A stretch of DNA of 54,646 nt from Octopus bimaculoides. Lineage: Eukaryota. The notes under the pieces are model-generated. The model had not been told where the DNA came from and did no database searches. It was given only the letters and a program-made list of their open reading frames with translations. The DNA is taken from positions 49,573,056-49,627,701 of the forward strand of contig NC_068995.1 in the NCBI RefSeq assembly GCF_001194135.2. Direction: 5' to 3'. A program made the position numbers and the translations under genes. Shown here piece by piece: positions 48,852-54,646 of this stretch (position 1 is its first letter; each line of letters starts with the position of its first letter).

Positions 48852-49342
48852 ATATATATATATGCATATGTATGGAAGTATGTATGTATGCATATATATA
48901 TATGTATGTATGTATATGTATGTGTATACATACATATGTATGTGTATATGTATATATATATATATATGTATATATGTATATATATACACACACATACACA
49001 CATGAAACAAAGAAATCACAAAGGACAATGGTAAAATAATATAAAAATCTGTATAATGAAAATGTCAATAACGTAAGTGTCATAAAGGGCTAAAAAAAAT
49101 ATATACTGAGCTGCCCCAAACATTATTACAGACGCATGCACAAGTGCACACATACACACACACATGCACACTCAGAGATGAGCAGATATATAAACAGCAA
49201 AATATGTAAACACAAATGTCTATATATTTTTATATATATATATATATATATATGTGTGTATATGTATATGTATTGCCCTTAAATGCATTCATAGCGAATC
49301 AATACACAAACATGTGCAAAAATGCATAAACATCATATATAT

Positions 49343-49390
<48 letters not shown>

Positions 49391-49556
49391 CATGGTATAT
49401 TTTTTTTCTATGGAGTTGTAGTTTTATAGTTTGATATATATTGGATGAACAATAAACCAAAATTATGTCAATAAAATATAAACACACATGCATGTACAGG
49501 ATGTATATAAGAAAGAAAATATGATATATATATATAGTGGTATAAATATCTATATG

Positions 49557-49612
<56 letters not shown>

Positions 49613-49722
49613 GGCAGCTGTGTATCTATATGTATGTATGCATCTATCTGTCTATCTGTTTATCTATCTAACTATTTATCTATTTATCTATCTATCTATC
49701 AATCTCTCTATCTATCTATCAA

Positions 49723-49757
<35 letters not shown>

Positions 49758-50277
49758 AGATAGATAGATACAATATATACACATTAAACTATTACACGCA
49801 AAGCAAATACTTAAATATCCATACTATAAAACATTAGTACAGTATATGGACATGCAGAATATATATATATATAGACATAAAAGCGATGCTCCAGTATGGT
49901 TTTAACTATGATGTATAAAACAAGCTGATAAAAATACAAAGAATATACATACATGAAATATACACAAGCAAAACAGAGACATACAAAATAACATATCTGT
50001 ATTTAATAGTCAGGCCTATATTTTGTATATGTGTATATATTTAATATGTATAGTCTGTGTGTTTGTGTGTACTTTTTAATATATATTTCTATATTATGGG
50101 TGTATATTTGATATGGTTGTTTCAATATGTTGTGTATATATGTACAGTTGTGTTTATCATATGTGCATGTATATAATGTGTATATTTATTATGTCCATAC
50201 CTTATGTGTGTCTGAGTGTATGCTTATATTTAATGTATATGTATATATTCCTTGCACATGCCCATATATACATGTGC

Positions 50278-50337
<60 letters not shown>

Positions 50338-50745
50338 NNNNNNNNNNNNNNNNNNNNNNNNNNNNNNNNNNNNNNNNNNNNNNNNNNNNNNNNNNNNNNN
50401 NNNNNNNNNNNNNNNNNNNNNNNNNNNNNNNNNNNNNNNNNNNNNNNNNNNNNNNNNNNNNNNNNNNNNNNNNNNNNNNNNNNNNNNNNNNNNNNNNNNN
50501 NNNNNNNNNNNNNNNNNNNNNNNNNNNNNNNNNNNNNNNNNNNNNNNNNNNNNNNNNNNNNNNNNNNNNNNNNNNNNNNNNNNNNNNNNNNNNNNNNNNN
50601 NNNNNNNNNNNNNNNNNNNNNNNNNNNNNNNNNNNNNNNNNNNNNNNNNNNNNNNNNNNNNNNNNNNNNNNNNNNNNNNNNNNNNNNNNNNNNNNNNNNN
50701 NNNNNNNNNNNNNATATATATGTGTGTGTATGTATGTGTATATAC

Positions 50746-50791
<46 letters not shown>

Positions 50792-51090
50792 ATACTTACA
50801 GAATATATACACCACACAGTATATCAACATGCACTAATTTACATACACAGACTCACGCATACATAATATATAGACACATATATCAAATGTTTACACACAA
50901 AAGATCTTGACACGCATATTAAACATATGCACACATTCAGTATATGCATATATACACAAACACATATCAAATATACACACCCAAATACATACATATATAT
51001 ATATACATATATAGATGTATGTATGTATGCATATATATATGTATATGTATATATAATGTCCATTGATATATGTGTTTGTATATGTGCGCA

Positions 51091-51126
<36 letters not shown>

Positions 51127-52464
51127 ACTTGAGTTAGAGGTTCGGATAAAAAAAAAATCTCCACAAAACAATAACCCTAAATAACAGTCCACCACCTCCA
51201 CCTCCACTACCACCATCACCCATAACTCTCCCCTCCAACCTTTTCCGAAACCCTTCCCTTCCACCCATCCATCTACCCACCCCCAACAGGGGGAAAAAAA
51301 ATCAGAATGCAATAACATCGAGAAATAACAGCAAAGATATGCGTATTGTCTTTTTTTATTTTTTTGTTTTTTTTTTGTTTAAGGATGTTTACATAGCGAA
51401 GGTTTGTTATCATTGTTGTTGTTGTTTTTGTTGTGGTTGTTATTGTTGTTCAGTTTTTTTTTTTTCTGTTTTTTTTTTCTCTCTCTCTCTTTTTGTTTTA
51501 TCTATTTCGGTGGGAGTACACAATGTGACATGGCCCCTTGTACGTTCGATAACCAATGGTGCGTGTCGAGGAAATCTAGTGAAAAGATATTGATGTCATA
51601 TGAAGCATGGCTTGACCGCTGCACCTTAGTCAGCATCTGACATCGCTACAGATTAACAAACGAAACACTGGGCACATGTACGTGTGTGGACATGTGTGTG
51701 TCTATGTGTGTCTATGTATGCGCGTATGCATGTGTGTGCATATATATATATATATATATANNNNNNNNNNNNNNNNNNNNNNNNNNNNNNNNNNNNNNNN
51801 NNNNNNNNNNNNNNNNNNNNNNNNNNNNNNNNNNNNNNNNNNNNNNNNNNNNNNNNNNNNNNNNNNNNNNNNNNNNNNNNNNNNNNNNNNNNNNNNNNNN
51901 NNNNNNNNNNNNNNNNNNNNNNNNNNNNNNNNNNNNNNNNNNNNNNNNNNNNNNNNNNNNNNNNNNNNNNNNNNNNNNNNNNNNNNNNNNNNNNNNNNNN
52001 NNNNNNNNNNNNNNNNNNNNNNNNNNNNNNNNNNNNNNNNNNNNNNNNNNNNNNNNNNNNNNNNNNNNNNNNNNNNNNNNNNNNNNNNNNNNNNNNNNNN
52101 NNNNNNNNNNNNNNNNNNNNNNNNNNNNNNNNNNNNNNNNNNNNNNNNNNNNNNNNNNNNNNNNNNNNNNNNNNNNNNNNNNNNNNNNNNNNNNNNNNNN
52201 NNNNNNNNNNNNNNNNNNNNNNNNNNNNNNNNNNNNNNNNNNNNNNNNNNNNNNNNNNNNNNNNNNNNNNNNNNNNNNNNNNNNNNNNNTATATATATAT
52301 ATAAAATATATATATACACATATATATATATATATATATTTGTGTGCGTATATATAATTGAATGTCCTTGTATACATGCATATGTATGCACACACATATA
52401 TATAAATACACACACACACACACACACAACAAAGCACGTGTGTATGTATATATGTATATATGTG

Positions 52465-52511
<47 letters not shown>

Positions 52512-52616
52512 NNNNNNNNNNNNNNNNNNNNNNNNNNNNNNNNNNNNNNNNNNNNNNNNNNNNNNNNNNNNNNNNNNNNNNNNNNNNNNNNNNNNNNNNN
52601 NNNNNNNNNNNNNNNN

Positions 52617-52679
<63 letters not shown>

Positions 52680-52829
52680 TACACACACATGCACACACAT
52701 GAATATTGATGATGCACTATTGATTTATATAGGGCAACATGTGTGTGCATATGCATAATGCACACCTGTATGTGTGTATGCATGCATTTGGATTATCTAC
52801 CATCATCTTCTTTGTCAACATCCTCTTTG

Positions 52830-53050
52830 TCATCATCATCATGATCATTCTCATCATCACTTTCTGATATCTATATTCCGTGCTGGCATGGGTCGGATGG
52901 CTTGTCAGGTCCCAACAGGTCAGTGGACTGCTTTCTGCTCCAAATGTCCAGTGTCTGCTTTGGAATGGCTTCTGCCGTTGGACTCCCCTCCTAACACCAA
53001 TCACCGATCAGAGTGGACCGGATGCATTTTTCCATAGCACCAGCACTTGT
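52830..53050 (-). mobile_element. Diverged RTE-like family D 3' fragment
   Basis: (tca)n...ttccgtgctggcatgggtcggatgg...cctcctaacaccaatcac. Confidence 0.6.
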
Positions 53051-53128
53051 GTGGTTATCCTGTAGCTAACAAAAACCCCAACCCCTTTCAACTGGGTAGG
53101 GCTATTGTAGAAAGGGAAGCAGTCATAT

Positions 53129-53370
53129 GCAGCCTTGCGTGGCCCAGTGGTTAAGGTGTTGGACTCATGCTCATAAGACTGTGGTTTCAATTCCTGAACA
53201 GAGTGGTGCATTGTGTTCTTGAGTAAAACACTTCATTTCACATTGCTGCAGTCCACTCAGCTGGGGAAAAGGAGTAATCCTGTGAAGGACTAGCATCCCA
53301 TCCAGTTTCAAGAATTCTCCTAAATTAAGAGAATCTTCCATTACTGAGAAATGGCAAGCTGATCGTCTGG
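53129..53370 (+). mobile_element. SINE family B variant (B4) with a third type of 3' half
   Basis: Head tggcccagtggttaagg and core ttcacattgctgcagtccactcagctgg, then cctgtgaaggactagcatcccatccag, which resembles a V-SINE-like motif. Confidence 0.7.
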
Positions 53371-53744
53371 AGTCAAGAGGACATCTGTGGGGAAATATTT
53401 CTGCCTCAATGGTCATCATTAGCACAGTGGTTGCCATACCTTATCACCTGTAGGATGACAATCTGACAGCAACACCAGCAGAGGCACTGGTGCCAGACTG
53501 TATCAGCCCAAGTTGGCTGTTTTTCTCTTGGAGAAACATCAGAGGAGTGGAGGAAGTAGGCTTTCATGAATGGGTAACTGCCAGTCTCCCTAAAAAAAAA
53601 GACTTGCCCAAGCCTGCACATACATATGCAGATATATGTCTGGCAGTGAGCAGTGGAGGGTCTTATATATGGTATATTCAATCTTTTCTTTGATTCAGTC
53701 ATTAGACTGTGGCCATACTGGTGCAATATAATCAATGTAATCAA

Positions 53745-53855
53745 CTGCATGGTTCCGGGTTCAGTCCCACTGCGTGGCACCATGGGCAGGTATCTTCTTT
53801 TATAGCCTTGGGCCAACCAAAGTTTTGTGAATATGGAAACTGAAAGAAGCCCATT
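53745..53855 (+). mobile_element. SINE-A 5' half ending in (AT)n
   Basis: catggttccgggttcagtcccactgcgtggcacc...gaaactgaaagaagccc. Confidence 0.88.
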
Positions 53856-53876
53856 GTGTGTATATATGTGCATATA

Positions 53877-53936
<60 letters not shown>

Positions 53937-53943
53937 TGTTTAC

Positions 53944-53994
<51 letters not shown>

Positions 53995-54078
53995 CATATA
54001 CATATATACATATATACATATATATACCTATATACATATATATACATATAATACATGTATATGCATATATACATATGT

Positions 54079-54138
<60 letters not shown>

Positions 54139-54234
54139 NNNNNNNNNNNNNNNNNNNNNNNNNNNNNNNNNNNNNNNNNNNNNNNNNNNNNNNNNNNNNN
54201 NNNNNNNNNNNNNNNNNNNNNNNNNNNNNNNNNN

Positions 54235-54303
<69 letters not shown>

Positions 54304-54646
54304 AACATATGTGCATGTGTGTGTGTGTGCGTGTGTGTGTGGGTATGTAAAGAAGTTTATACATGTGTGCAATTGTTTCTTGCAGTAGAGTTATGGTTGT
54401 AGCAAATGTATTTATGTATATGTACCTGTGTGTTTGCGTGTACATGTGTGCGTGTATGTATATACTTGCACTTTTCTGCCTGAGTCTATAAATGTGTCAG
54501 AGTCTATCTGTAAGTGCATGTGTTTGTGTGTGTGCATGTGCGTGTGTGCCTCTGAAGCGATTACATACAATATGCTCCCACCACCATCACCACCACTGCC
54601 ACCGCCGCCACTACTGCATCCTCTGCCACCACCACCACCACCACCA

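Noticed and set aside
3117-54402. Long ORFs containing X or YI/CV/HT dipeptide runs
   Set aside because: These are artefacts of N gaps and of (AT)n, (GT)n and (CA)n microsatellites.

Overview
This window is eukaryotic, repeat-saturated DNA from a draft assembly, with about 9.9 kb (about 18%) of N gaps by my hand count. It is very probably an octopus (coleoid cephalopod) intron or intergenic region; this is inferred from the tRNA-derived SINE families and the extreme microsatellite density. I cannot support any host protein-coding exon, and almost all listed ORFs are microsatellite or N artefacts. The supportable content is as follows. (1) Three tRNA-derived SINE groups, which I call A, B and C, in more than 20 full or partial copies. 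(2) 3' fragments of a CR1/L2-like LINE and of RTE-like LINEs, one ending in two C2H2 fingers. (3) A Penelope-like remnant. (4) Decayed mariner (DD34D) and Tc1 transposases. (5) A Tigger/pogo-like end, hAT-like and TTAA-type MITEs, a Helentron-type HINE and a possible Helitron end. (6) Four minisatellites. The strongest leads: the CR1/L2-like LINE and SINE-A share a 43-nt 3' end whose stem-loop shows a compensatory base-pair change; SINE-A heads are fused at nearly the same point to three different foreign tails, one carrying an intact 73-aa two-finger ORF; the SINE bodies and tails are modular; there is a perfect 28-bp inverted repeat; and several inverted pairs could be ADAR substrates. I found no convincing evidence of a wholly new gene system.
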